A DNA stretch of 64,000 nt from an uncultured bacterium (GTDB lineage: Bacteria > Babelota > Babeliae > Babelales > Vermiphilaceae): assembly GCA_963695335.1 (NCBI GenBank), contig OY968764.1, forward strand, positions 256,001 through 320,000. The letters run 5' to 3'. Shown here piece by piece: positions 18,833 through 28,407 of the stretch. Numbering within the stretch: the stretch's first letter is position 1; every line of letters begins with the position of its first letter. Position numbers and translations under genes: made by a program. Under the pieces are notes generated by a model. That model worked only from the letters and a program-made list of their open reading frames with translations, did not search any database and was not told the origin of the DNA.

Positions 18833-20356
18833 ATGAATTATATTAAAATAATAACAGTATTGCTCTTGTGTCTTAGTCACAATATCTTCTCATCAACCTC
18901 TCCAGAAAGAAAATCAACTGAACTCCCATTTGTTATTGTCGTCTGTTCTTATAATAATGATCAATGGTCAGAAACCACACTTACATCACTTTTCACTCAA
19001 AATTATACAAATTTTCGTGTTATCATTGTTGATGACTGTTCATCAGATAATAATTGTGAAGTAATCGAACAATGCATCGATAAACATAATTTTAGTGATC
19101 GAGTTACTTTTATCAAAAATGAACAACGTCATCGGAAGTTGTTTAATTTGTATCGCGTACTTTATGAATGTAACGATAATGAAATTGTTTTAATGGTGGA
19201 TGGCGATGATTGGCTCATCGATGAAAATGTACTTTCATTTTTCAACAACATTTATGCTGATGACGGTATATGGTTTACCTATGGACAATATCGCAATGTC
19301 CCAGCTTCTCAAGCTATCCAATGGGGACACAAAGAGATGGGATATTGTCGACCTGTTCCCAAACATGTTCAACGTCAACAAGCCTACCGTTACTACAGCT
19401 TTATTTATATGCATCCACGTACCTTCCGTGCATGGTTATTCAAACTCGTGAAACTAGAAGATCTTATCGCAGATAAAATTGAAGGTTTTGAGGGGAATTT
19501 TTATCCTGCAAGCAATGATGTTGCTATGTATTTTCCCATGGTAGAAATGGCCCATACGCATATTAAATTTATCCCCGATATTCTGTATATCAGAAATCTT
19601 TACTCAGAAATTGTTGGTTTTAAAGTTGATCGTCGTCTGCAAACAACTTCTGCCCGTGAAATCAGGAAAAAAAAATGTTACCAAGTACTCTTCCAGGCTA
19701 AAAAAAACAGACTCAATTCCGTACAAAAAGCTCTCACTGACACCTTTTTACTGTGTCGTTATAATTTAACAGATATTCAAACCACGCTCACAAATCTCCA
19801 GAATAATACTACCAATCTTGGATCAATCTATGTTTTCTTCCATAACACAGAAGATAATAAAAAAATATGCCGCTTTATTAAAAAAGATTTCCCTGACGTA
19901 ATTTTTGTTCCTTATGACACAAATGGTAATAAAGCGTTAAAAAATCGACTTTTAGACTATATAAGCTTATGCAAAAATGATCATATTCTTGTGCTGACCG
20001 ACTCATGTTCTATTTTAAAACCATTAGATCTTTCTTATTACATCTTTTGGCTTGAAAAAACATATGCGTATCGTTTTTACCTGGGCAGATCTTCACTTGA
20101 TAAGGCAGCTCCATTCTACATCACTCTCAATGATGATATATGCGCATGGAAAAACCCTCCCGGCACAGACACCTGGAAGGGTTTATCAATAGGCGATGAT
20201 GCATTTATTTGTCGCAAAACAACGCTTTATAAAGAAATTAAGGATTTAAATTTCAACAATACATACGGACTTTTAAAAGGAATGATGCTTTCATCATCAC
20301 AATCAGCACGTGTTGGTTTATTTTTAAAGAATGAAACAATTAAGATTGGTGCTTAG
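18833..20356 (+). CDS. GT2-family glycosyltransferase with signal peptide
   Basis: IVVCSYN, SLFTQNY..FRVIIVDDCSSD, VDGDDWL; hydrophobic N-terminus MNYIKIITVLLLCLS. Confidence 0.88.
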   Translation: MNYIKIITVLLLCLSHNIFSSTSPERKSTELPFVIVVCSYNNDQWSETTLTSLFTQNYTNFRVIIVDDCSSDNNCEVIEQCIDKHNFSDRVTFIKNEQRHRKLFNLYRVLYECNDNEIVLMVDGDDWLIDENVLSFFNNIYADDGIWFTYGQYRNVPASQAIQWGHKEMGYCRPVPKHVQRQQAYRYYSFIYMHPRTFRAWLFKLVKLEDLIADKIEGFEGNFYPASNDVAMYFPMVEMAHTHIKFIPDILYIRNLYSEIVGFKVDRRLQTTSAREIRKKKCYQVLFQAKKNRLNSVQKALTDTFLLCRYNLTDIQTTLTNLQNNTTNLGSIYVFFHNTEDNKKICRFIKKDFPDVIFVPYDTNGNKALKNRLLDYISLCKNDHILVLTDSCSILKPLDLSYYIFWLEKTYAYRFYLGRSSLDKAAPFYITLNDDICAWKNPPGTDTWKGLSIGDDAFICRKTTLYKEIKDLNFNNTYGLLKGMMLSSSQSARVGLFLKNETIKIGA

Positions 20357-21095
20357 ACGAATTTTTTCTTTTACGCACCACTTTACGCACATATACAAGC
20401 TGAGCTATTTTATTCTTTATGCCTTTTGTCCAATTAGCATGATGCATCATAATGCCATGCGGCACTGGTAAGCGCATTCCTGGAGACCACTCATGACCTG
20501 TTAGAGTACCTCCTCCAAAAAATGTATTTGGTAAATAGCCCCACACTACGTTATAGGGATTTGTTTTGCTATGTCTTTTTATGCAACGATTTAATGAATT
20601 TTGATCACTATTTAATTTATCTTTTTGCATTGTTAATTTTACATCTTGCCACAATTGCAACGTTTTTTCATTCGCTCGGCATGCAAAAAAACCTGAACAA
20701 AGTACTCCATTTGGTGAATTTTTTTGAATCATCAAATCTTTATTTTTCATCAATTTTAAAATTGTCGCTTTAATTGGAGAAAAAAATTGAATATCAACAT
20801 CTGAAAAAATAAAAATTGAACCCCAGTTTTCCTGAATTGCACGAATAATCAAATCTACTTTGCGTATGGTTGTATCTGTCCAACCTTCATCCATAAATTT
20901 TGCCGATAGACATGTTTGTTCAGAAAATTCAAAAATAATATCAAAATCATCTTTAATAGAAGGTAAAAAGAATTGATCTTTTAACTGCTCATGAGATGGA
21001 GTATACAAAGCATATAGTTTCATTTTTTCTTGAGCTACTATATGCAAAAAACAAAAAACAAAAATAAAATTACATATCATTAAACATTTTTTCAT
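20340..21095 (-). CDS. Nucleotide-diphospho-sugar transferase (GT77-like) with signal peptide
   Basis: FSDVDIQFF DxD motif, CSGFF, DQNSLN, HHANW. Confidence 0.75.
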   Translation of the reverse strand: MKKCLMICNFIFVFCFLHIVAQEKMKLYALYTPSHEQLKDQFFLPSIKDDFDIIFEFSEQTCLSAKFMDEGWTDTTIRKVDLIIRAIQENWGSIFIFSDVDIQFFSPIKATILKLMKNKDLMIQKNSPNGVLCSGFFACRANEKTLQLWQDVKLTMQKDKLNSDQNSLNRCIKRHSKTNPYNVVWGYLPNTFFGGGTLTGHEWSPGMRLPVPHGIMMHHANWTKGIKNKIAQLVYVRKVVRKRKNSSKHQS

Positions 21096-21161
21096 TACAA
21101 CTCCTTTTTAAATAACTGTACTTTGTATTATGCTTACCACAGTTATAAAAAAAGGACACTC

Positions 21162-22091
21162 ATGAAAAATTTTTTTTTTACATTAACACTCTTTTCAATA
21201 ACGGTTTTGCATACTGCAAAGCCCACAACCAGCGCAATAACCTGGGAACCAAATGGAGGTAGATTTGGTGACAATCTCCTTTCTTATTCGCGTGCAAAGT
21301 GGCTTTCTTACAAATTCAATATCCCTGTTCTTTATCTGCCATTCAAATACTCTGATGAACTCATGATGTATGAACAAGAAGCTATGTATACACAAGAATT
21401 GGCACAACAATTTGCATATATTATCAGAATTCCAAGTCTAAAAAGATATCAGCTCCTACCAGACAACAACACTTTGTACATTAGCCATTGGTATGCAGAT
21501 GTAACCATTGATTGGTTTGATATTCCTTTTATAGAAGATCTCAAAGCAAATATTTATCCTCGTAATCCAATTGAAAAAGTGTCCATTCCTGAAAATTGTG
21601 TATCTATAGCTGCTCATGTCAGAAATGGTGGCGCATTTGCCGCTGACACACAACAAGAAAAAGATCGTTGCCCATTACGATTTGTTCCCGATGAGTTTTT
21701 TATTGATCAAATAGCTCGTATTGCCGGCATGTTCCCTGAACAAAACTTGTATGTATATATCTTTACCGATCATCAAGAACCTGCTTTATTAAAAAAAAAA
21801 TTTAAAAAGGCACTCAATAATCCACGCATTACTTTTGACTATAGAAAACAAGACAATGCTCACAATGCCAACGTTTTAGAAGACTTTTTTTCTATGATGG
21901 ATTTTGATTGTCTGATTCGTCCTGGATCACATTTTTCACGTTTTGTGCAACGTCTCGGTCGCAATAAGCTCGTTATTTATCCAGAAAGTGTTAAAAAAAT
22001 TGACGGAAAGCCTGTTATAAATGTAATTAATATAAAAAAGCGCAATAATCCCGGAGAGCGCTGGAAAACAAAAAAAGTAACTATTTTATAA
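21162..22091 (+). CDS. Fucosyltransferase-like (GT11/GT23-like) protein with signal peptide
   Basis: GRFGDNL, AAHVRNG, YIFTD, EDFFSMMDFDCLI..SHFS resemble GDP-fucose-binding motifs. Confidence 0.65.
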   Translation: MKNFFFTLTLFSITVLHTAKPTTSAITWEPNGGRFGDNLLSYSRAKWLSYKFNIPVLYLPFKYSDELMMYEQEAMYTQELAQQFAYIIRIPSLKRYQLLPDNNTLYISHWYADVTIDWFDIPFIEDLKANIYPRNPIEKVSIPENCVSIAAHVRNGGAFAADTQQEKDRCPLRFVPDEFFIDQIARIAGMFPEQNLYVYIFTDHQEPALLKKKFKKALNNPRITFDYRKQDNAHNANVLEDFFSMMDFDCLIRPGSHFSRFVQRLGRNKLVIYPESVKKIDGKPVINVINIKKRNNPGERWKTKKVTIL

Positions 22092-22772
22092 CTTCTGCAC
22101 TTCAATATTCCTTATACCATCATCACCTTGCACAATCTCAAAATAGTAGCCTGGTGCATATGTCATTACAAGCTCTTTATCATGAGATATAATCAATACA
22201 GTTATATTAAGCTCCTGAGCAAGCTTTTGGATACATTGCATTACTATATGCGCATTTTTTGGATCAAGTGCAGCTGTTGGTTCATCAAGCAAAAGTAACT
22301 TTGTGGGTTTTTGCGATGCCATAACAATAGCCAAAATCTGTTTTTGACCACCTGACAGTTCATCAATTGTTTTATTACTGTCAATGCTAAAATCTTTTAA
22401 TACAGAAAGATTTTGCGCTTCAGGTAAATCTTGCAAACCTGGATGCCGTAGCAAGTTAACACATTGCATATTCTGTAACACAGAAAATTGTGGCGCTATC
22501 ATTTCATTAATATCTTGCACTACTATGGTAACATCCTGATCTTTCATTTTTTGCCCATCAATCATAAAATCACCAGTTAATCGAGCATTGTGAGGAATAG
22601 CCCCTTGCAAAATATTAAAAAAAGTTGATTTACCCGAGCCATTTTTTCCCTGTAAAAAGTTAAGTTTACCAGGCAAACAATGTAATGAGACATCTTTAAA
22701 AAATAAGTTCTGTTGTGGAGAGAAAGCAAAACTCATATGTTGAACACGCAAACCTTTTATTGTTTCTGACAT
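22086..22772 (-). CDS. ABC transporter ATP-binding subunit
   Basis: GKNGSGKST, LSGGQKQ, LLLLDEPTAALDP, ISHD. Confidence 0.95.
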   Translation of the reverse strand: MSETIKGLRVQHMSFAFSPQQNLFFKDVSLHCLPGKLNFLQGKNGSGKSTFFNILQGAIPHNARLTGDFMIDGQKMKDQDVTIVVQDINEMIAPQFSVLQNMQCVNLLRHPGLQDLPEAQNLSVLKDFSIDSNKTIDELSGGQKQILAIVMASQKPTKLLLLDEPTAALDPKNAHIVMQCIQKLAQELNITVLIISHDKELVMTYAPGYYFEIVQGDDGIRNIEVQKL

Positions 22773-22774
22773 AG

Positions 22775-23662
22775 TTATACCCCCAAATGATCAATATGTT
22801 TTTTAGTTTGTTTGCGGTATGTCAACACCAAAATACATAACGTCACAAGCGCTTGTACGGTTGTAAAATATTTTAAATTAAACCCAACTTTTAAAAGTAA
22901 TTGCTGTAATGCAAAATATGCACAACAACCAACTAAAGGCATTGCTATAACAATAGGATGTTTTGATCGCACAATAACTTTTCCAAGAATAAGAGATGTA
23001 ATACATAAAAGCGCTTTTCCAAAACCCATGGTGATATCAGCAAAACCATTCGATTGCGCAAATAAATAACCACTTAACCCTGCAAGTGCATTACTCAACA
23101 CAACTCCTGTAATAAAAACATAGGGAACAGAAATACCATAATGTCTTAAAAAATGAGAATTGTTACCATACAAAGCAAATGCATAACCAAGTTGTTTTTT
23201 GAATAGTATATATAGCCCAACACTAACAATAATTGCAATAAACATGAGCGTCACCATTTCTGGATGACGCTCTATTACATTATATATCAAAGGATTTTGA
23301 TATACACTTAATGATATGTAACTACCTGCTATTAATTGATTAACACCATAAAAAACACCAAACGTAATAATGCTCGAAAGTAAATGTGGCAACCCTGCAT
23401 ATTGCGTTAACATACTTGATGTAATTCCCACTATTGCACCGCCAAACAAACTTGCAATAACAACAATTGGTAACTGCATACTCACCGGTAATGCATCAGT
23501 GCATGCAATAGCATACGCACCTATAATTGCACCAGAAACATACGCACTTTCTATACTCAAATCAGGTAATTTCATTAATGAAATAGTGATATATGCTCCA
23601 AGAAGTAAAGGCACATGCATTAAACATTGTTCCATTACAATCAATAACATATCTACATTCAT
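22775..23662 (-). CDS. ABC transporter permease (TrpY-like)
   Basis: LPDLSIE, LLSSII, LSNALAGLSGYLFAQ..GFADITMGFG. Confidence 0.9.
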   Translation of the reverse strand: MNVDMLLIVMEQCLMHVPLLLGAYITISLMKLPDLSIESAYVSGAIIGAYAIACTDALPVSMQLPIVVIASLFGGAIVGITSSMLTQYAGLPHLLSSIITFGVFYGVNQLIAGSYISLSVYQNPLIYNVIERHPEMVTLMFIAIIVSVGLYILFKKQLGYAFALYGNNSHFLRHYGISVPYVFITGVVLSNALAGLSGYLFAQSNGFADITMGFGKALLCITSLILGKVIVRSKHPIVIAMPLVGCCAYFALQQLLLKVGFNLKYFTTVQALVTLCILVLTYRKQTKKHIDHLGV

Positions 23663-24660
23663 ATAATAATAACTCCCTCTTTTTGCAATTGAGCTAATCT
23701 TTCTTTACTCAGATGTAAACCTTGTTGCTCCATCGTTTTTGTATTTATCTTCAGATATAGCTTTTCTAACGGAAGTACGGCAATAGAAGCTGGTGATTCT
23801 TTATCCTCAAGAATACGATGGGCTAACTGAGCACCCAAAACACCATAATCAGCTTGCTGTACTCCAAATGATAATGCTGCTCCTTTATCTCCTGAATTAA
23901 GCTCAGATGTAAATAGTGTCACTCCATAACGCCCACATAATAAAATTAAACTATCAACACCCGCAACCGTTGTATGATCTGTTAAAATCATTAATACATC
24001 AACATCAGTTAAAAAGTGTGGCACTTTTTGCGCTATTTCATTTTGATGCGCAACAGTAACGATACGTAAGCTAATATTTTTTTCTTTCAAAATTTTCTCA
24101 AGTTTTCCAGATTTTTTCTCCAAATGTCCTTGCGCAGGATTATATACTAACAATACTGTTTTTATATTCGGTTTTATATGTAAAAGAGCATGTATTTGTT
24201 GCTCATAATCATCTTCATCATTAGTACCTGTTACCATACCTCCTGGATGAGCAAGTGACGCAATAATCCCCATCGCCACAGGATTATCAACCGCAGTAAA
24301 AACTTGTGGCGTTTTTGATTGTCTTTTTTGAGACAGTTCAAAAATAGATTGCGAACATTGTGCACCAATAGTAAATACTAAATCATAATTATGTTGCACT
24401 ATTTCATCCGCTTGCGCACGGAGTAACGTGGCATTACCATTGGCATTATATTCATCAAATGAATATTTTTTATCACTCCCACTATGTATAGTGTCTTTAA
24501 ATCCATTCATAATATCTGTCATTGATGGATGCACCGCTGGTGCAAATAAAGCAATGCGATAATCACTCAATGCTGAACGGTTTCGTTGCAATACAATTTC
24601 TGCACCTATCAACACAACTAAACATACAGCAACAGCAATACATATCTGTTTTTTATTCAT
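23659..24660 (-). CDS. ABC transporter substrate-binding protein (TrpX/aromatic amino acid-type)
   Basis: HPSM..I..GF, NANGN, P.VFTAVDNPV..GII.SL.HPGG.VTG, TDHT, L.IN. Confidence 0.85.
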   Translation of the reverse strand: MNKKQICIAVAVCLVVLIGAEIVLQRNRSALSDYRIALFAPAVHPSMTDIMNGFKDTIHSGSDKKYSFDEYNANGNATLLRAQADEIVQHNYDLVFTIGAQCSQSIFELSQKRQSKTPQVFTAVDNPVAMGIIASLAHPGGMVTGTNDEDDYEQQIHALLHIKPNIKTVLLVYNPAQGHLEKKSGKLEKILKEKNISLRIVTVAHQNEIAQKVPHFLTDVDVLMILTDHTTVAGVDSLILLCGRYGVTLFTSELNSGDKGAALSFGVQQADYGVLGAQLAHRILEDKESPASIAVLPLEKLYLKINTKTMEQQGLHLSKERLAQLQKEGVIII

Positions 24661-25876
24661 AATATTCCCTTGAATACATAGTTACACAAAAATTTTTCAA
24701 AAAATTGACCATAATGTTTTTTCCTTGAATTAAATCAACAATTGGCAAAGATTCATTAGTTTCATGAAGAGCGCTTTGAGTAGTAAACGGAGTAAAACCA
24801 ACTCCATCCAAACCTAACGCTCTGTAGTATCTTAAATCAGTTGATCCTTCAAAAAAGAGTGGTTGCGGCTGCATACCATAGTTATGCACTGTTTGTGCAA
24901 GCACATTATACAATGGTGTACAATAATCATCACCCATTTCATAATCAGGCACAGTAGCATGAATTATATAGCTACTATTTGTATACCCACGCAGTATATC
25001 TTCAATAAAATGTATTATTTTATTCATCTTCATTGTTGGAGGAACACGTATATCAATAGTAGCCGACGCCTTTTCTGGCACTATATTTAATGATGTTTTG
25101 TTATTACTAATCACACCTGCTGTTACTGATGTAATATTCATAGAAAGTAACAAACCATCAGCCTGAGTAATACTTTTTTGCTGTTGCATAGCGTGATGCT
25201 TTACCAATGTATGCAAAATAGTTGTTAACTCGTGAATTGCATTAAAGCAGTTAAGTTTAGAGCCATGAGCAAGAGATCCCTTTGTTATAATCTCTATCTG
25301 TATTGGCTTACGTTCAGAAACTTTAATTGCAATGGTATTTGATTGCCCTGAAGAAACTCCTTCATCAAGGACAAATTGCGCATTCATATGTGCAAAACAA
25401 TCTGTTTGTATAAACTGCCGTGTCCCAGTAAATCCACCAACCTCTTCATCAGGCACTACGACAAAATGAATTGTATGTCGTGGCTGCACACCAGCATCTT
25501 TAAGCGCTTTTAATGCAAAATAGCATGCAACTCCTACCCCTTTCATATCTTGCACACCACGACCAATAATAACATCATCAACTATAGCGCCTTCAAAAGG
25601 ACCCGCTAACCATTCCTTTTCATTTAATGCAGGAACAACATCCATATGATGATTAAGTATCAATGATGGTAATAAAAGATCTTTTCCCTCATACGTAACA
25701 ACAATAACCGGATGACCAGAAGGAAGCATAACTTTTTGATATTTAAAACCATCTTGTTCCGCTTGCACCTGAAAGAGTGAGCAAACAGATTCATAATCAG
25801 GATTTGGTTGAGCAGTATTAATCCTCAAATATCGCTGTAAAAATGAAATCATATCCCTTTCCATATGATTTTTCAT
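24653..25876 (-). CDS. M20 aminoacylase (ACY1-like N-acyl-L-amino acid amidohydrolase)
   Basis: YLRINTAQPNPDY, LNHHMDVVP, GRGVQDMK, VPDEEVGG, LDEG, HGS, TDLRYYR, GFTPF, LHETNE. Confidence 0.88.
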   Translation of the reverse strand: MKNHMERDMISFLQRYLRINTAQPNPDYESVCSLFQVQAEQDGFKYQKVMLPSGHPVIVVTYEGKDLLLPSLILNHHMDVVPALNEKEWLAGPFEGAIVDDVIIGRGVQDMKGVGVACYFALKALKDAGVQPRHTIHFVVVPDEEVGGFTGTRQFIQTDCFAHMNAQFVLDEGVSSGQSNTIAIKVSERKPIQIEIITKGSLAHGSKLNCFNAIHELTTILHTLVKHHAMQQQKSITQADGLLLSMNITSVTAGVISNNKTSLNIVPEKASATIDIRVPPTMKMNKIIHFIEDILRGYTNSSYIIHATVPDYEMGDDYCTPLYNVLAQTVHNYGMQPQPLFFEGSTDLRYYRALGLDGVGFTPFTTQSALHETNESLPIVDLIQGKNIMVNFLKNFCVTMYSREYYE

Positions 25877-26661
25877 TTCTTAATGAATGAAAACAGTAAC
25901 ACATTACCGTATCCTGGAATTGATTGATCATCTGGTAATGGCTTACATTCACTGTCTTCTGGATCAAAAGTAGGCATAAATGCTTGATAACGACTGTGAT
26001 ACAGATCAATGTCTTCGTTACAGTTACATTCAATAGCAACTTGTTGGGCAAACGCTCTAAACGCGCGTATAATTGATGGAGTTCGATCTATTCCATCAGA
26101 TGTTTCACCTGAATTTGCTTTGGTAAGTCCGTACAATAGTACAATGTTGTGCGCCTTTTTAGTTTGCACAGCTTTTATAACATCATCTTTTATGTCTTCA
26201 AGTGTATGTCGAATAAGACGAGAATTTATCCCCTGATGCCGATAATGTGGGACTGTATAATCACCACCAAAATAGATACTGACACTATCCTTAAAAGTAA
26301 ACGATGGCATCATACTATTTTTATCATGACAACGTATTTCATTCTGAGTAATATCATCGTATTCATTTTCATCATTAATAATGAAAAGCTTTTTAAAAGC
26401 AATTATTCCATCCGATCCTTCTTTTGTAACACAATACAATCTGTTTTTAACAATATCACCCTCAAGAGCTCCTTGTCTAAACTTTTTAGGCAAAATAACT
26501 ATTTTGGTACTATCATTGATAGCCTGCTCATCAATCACCTTCAGCAAAGAGTTGACATCAGATTGAGTAGCTTTTTTATATATCAAAGCTGGTTCCATAG
26601 CAACAGTTGTGATACATACTAAGGGTAAAAAACAATTGATTACATACGTAATTAATTTCAT
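25873..26661 (-). CDS. Secreted GNAT-like (putative acyltransferase) protein
   Basis: Signal ending TTVA|MEPA; IYKKATQSDV N-terminal GNAT-like pattern; YTVPHYRHQGINSRLI resembles acetyl-CoA motif A. Confidence 0.6.
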   Translation of the reverse strand: MKLITYVINCFLPLVCITTVAMEPALIYKKATQSDVNSLLKVIDEQAINDSTKIVILPKKFRQGALEGDIVKNRLYCVTKEGSDGIIAFKKLFIINDENEYDDITQNEIRCHDKNSMMPSFTFKDSVSIYFGGDYTVPHYRHQGINSRLIRHTLEDIKDDVIKAVQTKKAHNIVLLYGLTKANSGETSDGIDRTPSIIRAFRAFAQQVAIECNCNEDIDLYHSRYQAFMPTFDPEDSECKPLPDDQSIPGYGNVLLFSFIKK

Positions 26662-26778
26662 ATAAAATCCTTGTAAAAAAATTAAATTAAACACATTGCC
26701 AATAGCAAGAGACCATCGGCATATCTTGAAATTATTAAATGGAAATAGAGAGAAAATGTAATTAAAGGAAAAAAAAGA

Positions 26779-26886
26779 TTAGCGCCACCAGCGCCAAGAA
26801 AGAAGAAGAGTTTGCGTGCAAGATTTTGTTTGAATCATACAGTTCAATGACATGCTTTGTGCAGTAGTCATAGAAAAAGAAATCAT
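26779..26886 (-). CDS. Tryptophan-rich leader peptide (TrpL-like)
   Basis: MISFSMTTAQSMSLNCMIQTKSCTQTLLLSWRWWR*; TGG CGC TGG TGG CGC TAA; GGGA 6 nt before ATG; alternative in-frame ATGs at 26898, 26871, 26853 and 26838. Confidence 0.8.
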   Translation of the reverse strand: MISFSMTTAQSMSLNCMIQTKSCTQTLLLSWRWWR

Positions 26887-26935
26887 ATGAAATCCCATAA
26901 TTAAGGGGGTTGAACAAAATACCTTACTAATAATA

Positions 26936-26964
26936 ACAATACTGTAGGTTATTCACCTTGTCAA
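26936..26964 (-). promoter_or_regulatory. Sigma70-type promoter of the leader/GNAT/aminoacylase/ABC operon
   Basis: TTGACA-17 bp-TATTGT. Confidence 0.55.
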
Positions 26965-26993
26965 TAAACAAGTCATATAATCCAGTATAAACA

Positions 26994-27659
26994 TCAGCGA
27001 TTGCGGGCTAGAAAGAGTGCATTGCCAAAAAAAGATTGTATAGTATCAGCAAAATCGCGTCCAACAAGGTCAAATCTATGCTCTGCCATCCAAGCAACCA
27101 CATCTTCATATAACGGCTGTCCCTCATAACTTTCTATAAAAGATACCTCCGCCAACACTACCTTGATATTGTGAATCATTTGGGGTGCTGCCTGCAAAAT
27201 GGTAAGTTCATGACCTTGTGTGTCAAGCCAAAGCAAATCGATCATCTTAACTCCATTTTCATCCGCCCATTGATCAAGTGTGATGGTATGCACAGTTGCC
27301 ATCCGAGGAAAAATTATTGGAGACCGGGATAAACGTTCTTTTGGTTTATGCAAAGACCCTGCTTGAGAAGCAATGCCAGGCTTAGTTGGTTTTTCTGAAA
27401 TATAAAACTCAGCAGTTCCGGTGTGATCGCTTAACGCCACTGGATACCTGTGAACATTGGGCAACATACTTGTATTTTTCACGAGTCGATCAAAAATTTC
27501 TGGCACCGGCTCAAAAGCATGAACTGTACATTGCGGCCATTGTGATACCATTTTTTTTGTATCATGACCATCAAAAGCTCCTGCTTCTACAATCACCGGA
27601 TTGTCAGGTAAAAATTGCTGTATTACTTCTATGGTTTTATAGGAATTGAATATAATCAT
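26994..27659 (-). CDS. FkbM-family methyltransferase
   Basis: VEAGAFDG, HAFEP, ITLD, IDLLWLDTQGHEL, EVSF..YEGQ. Confidence 0.9.
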   Translation of the reverse strand: MIIFNSYKTIEVIQQFLPDNPVIVEAGAFDGHDTKKMVSQWPQCTVHAFEPVPEIFDRLVKNTSMLPNVHRYPVALSDHTGTAEFYISEKPTKPGIASQAGSLHKPKERLSRSPIIFPRMATVHTITLDQWADENGVKMIDLLWLDTQGHELTILQAAPQMIHNIKVVLAEVSFIESYEGQPLYEDVVAWMAEHRFDLVGRDFADTIQSFFGNALFLARNR

Positions 27660-27755
27660 AATTTTTTAAGTAAATTTTCTTCTTTATAAAAATATATTTA
27701 TCAATTATAGTAACCCTGTTCATTAAGAATTTATACAAAAAAAAGAAAGGGTTCT

Positions 27756-28301
27756 ATGTTCAGTGTATCTAAAAAATCAATTTTATTATCAATCATTTTT
27801 TTTACAGCTTCTAATATACAATGCAGTGAACCTCAAAGAGCCACAATAACAGGTACTCTACAAATTAAATCTAACGACATCTCAGAACAAGAAACTTCCC
27901 ATGCATGGAAAATGATGACTCTTTTTGGACCAGCTATTGTTACTTGGGCACTAACTCAAGCCGTTCAAAAATATTATGAAGATCCCGAGATATCTACCAA
28001 CAATAAAGAACTTAAAAAAACTGAACTTGAGCTTAAAAAAATTGAGTTAGAAACAAAAAAACACCCTGATTATCCTACAATTAGTTTACAGCTTAAAAAA
28101 AATAAAGCCGAAGAAAAAAGTCTTATTAATAGAGAAAAACAACTCGAATTAGAGTTCAAAAATGGTCAATTAATGGAACATTATGAAGAGAGATTAGATC
28201 ATTTTAGAAAATGCGATGAGCCTCTTACGCAAGATTACTGTAATAATATGACCAAAATATACCAAAAAAGAGTAGAAAGACTTACTGAGTTAAAATCATA
28301 A
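27756..28301 (+). CDS. Secreted/membrane coiled-coil orphan protein
   Basis: Signal ending IQC|SEPQ; K/E-rich helix. Confidence 0.7.
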   Translation: MFSVSKKSILLSIIFFTASNIQCSEPQRATITGTLQIKSNDISEQETSHAWKMMTLFGPAIVTWALTQAVQKYYEDPEISTNNKELKKTELELKKIELETKKHPDYPTISLQLKKNKAEEKSLINREKQLELEFKNGQLMEHYEERLDHFRKCDEPLTQDYCNNMTKIYQKRVERLTELKS

Positions 28302-28407
28302 GGCAAACAAATTTTCCCTCTTTTTTCTCACTTTTATGATAAACTATATATATACTTGACATTAAAATCCCAAAAATCTTACAATAACCCCTAGTAAAAG
28401 GAATGCT

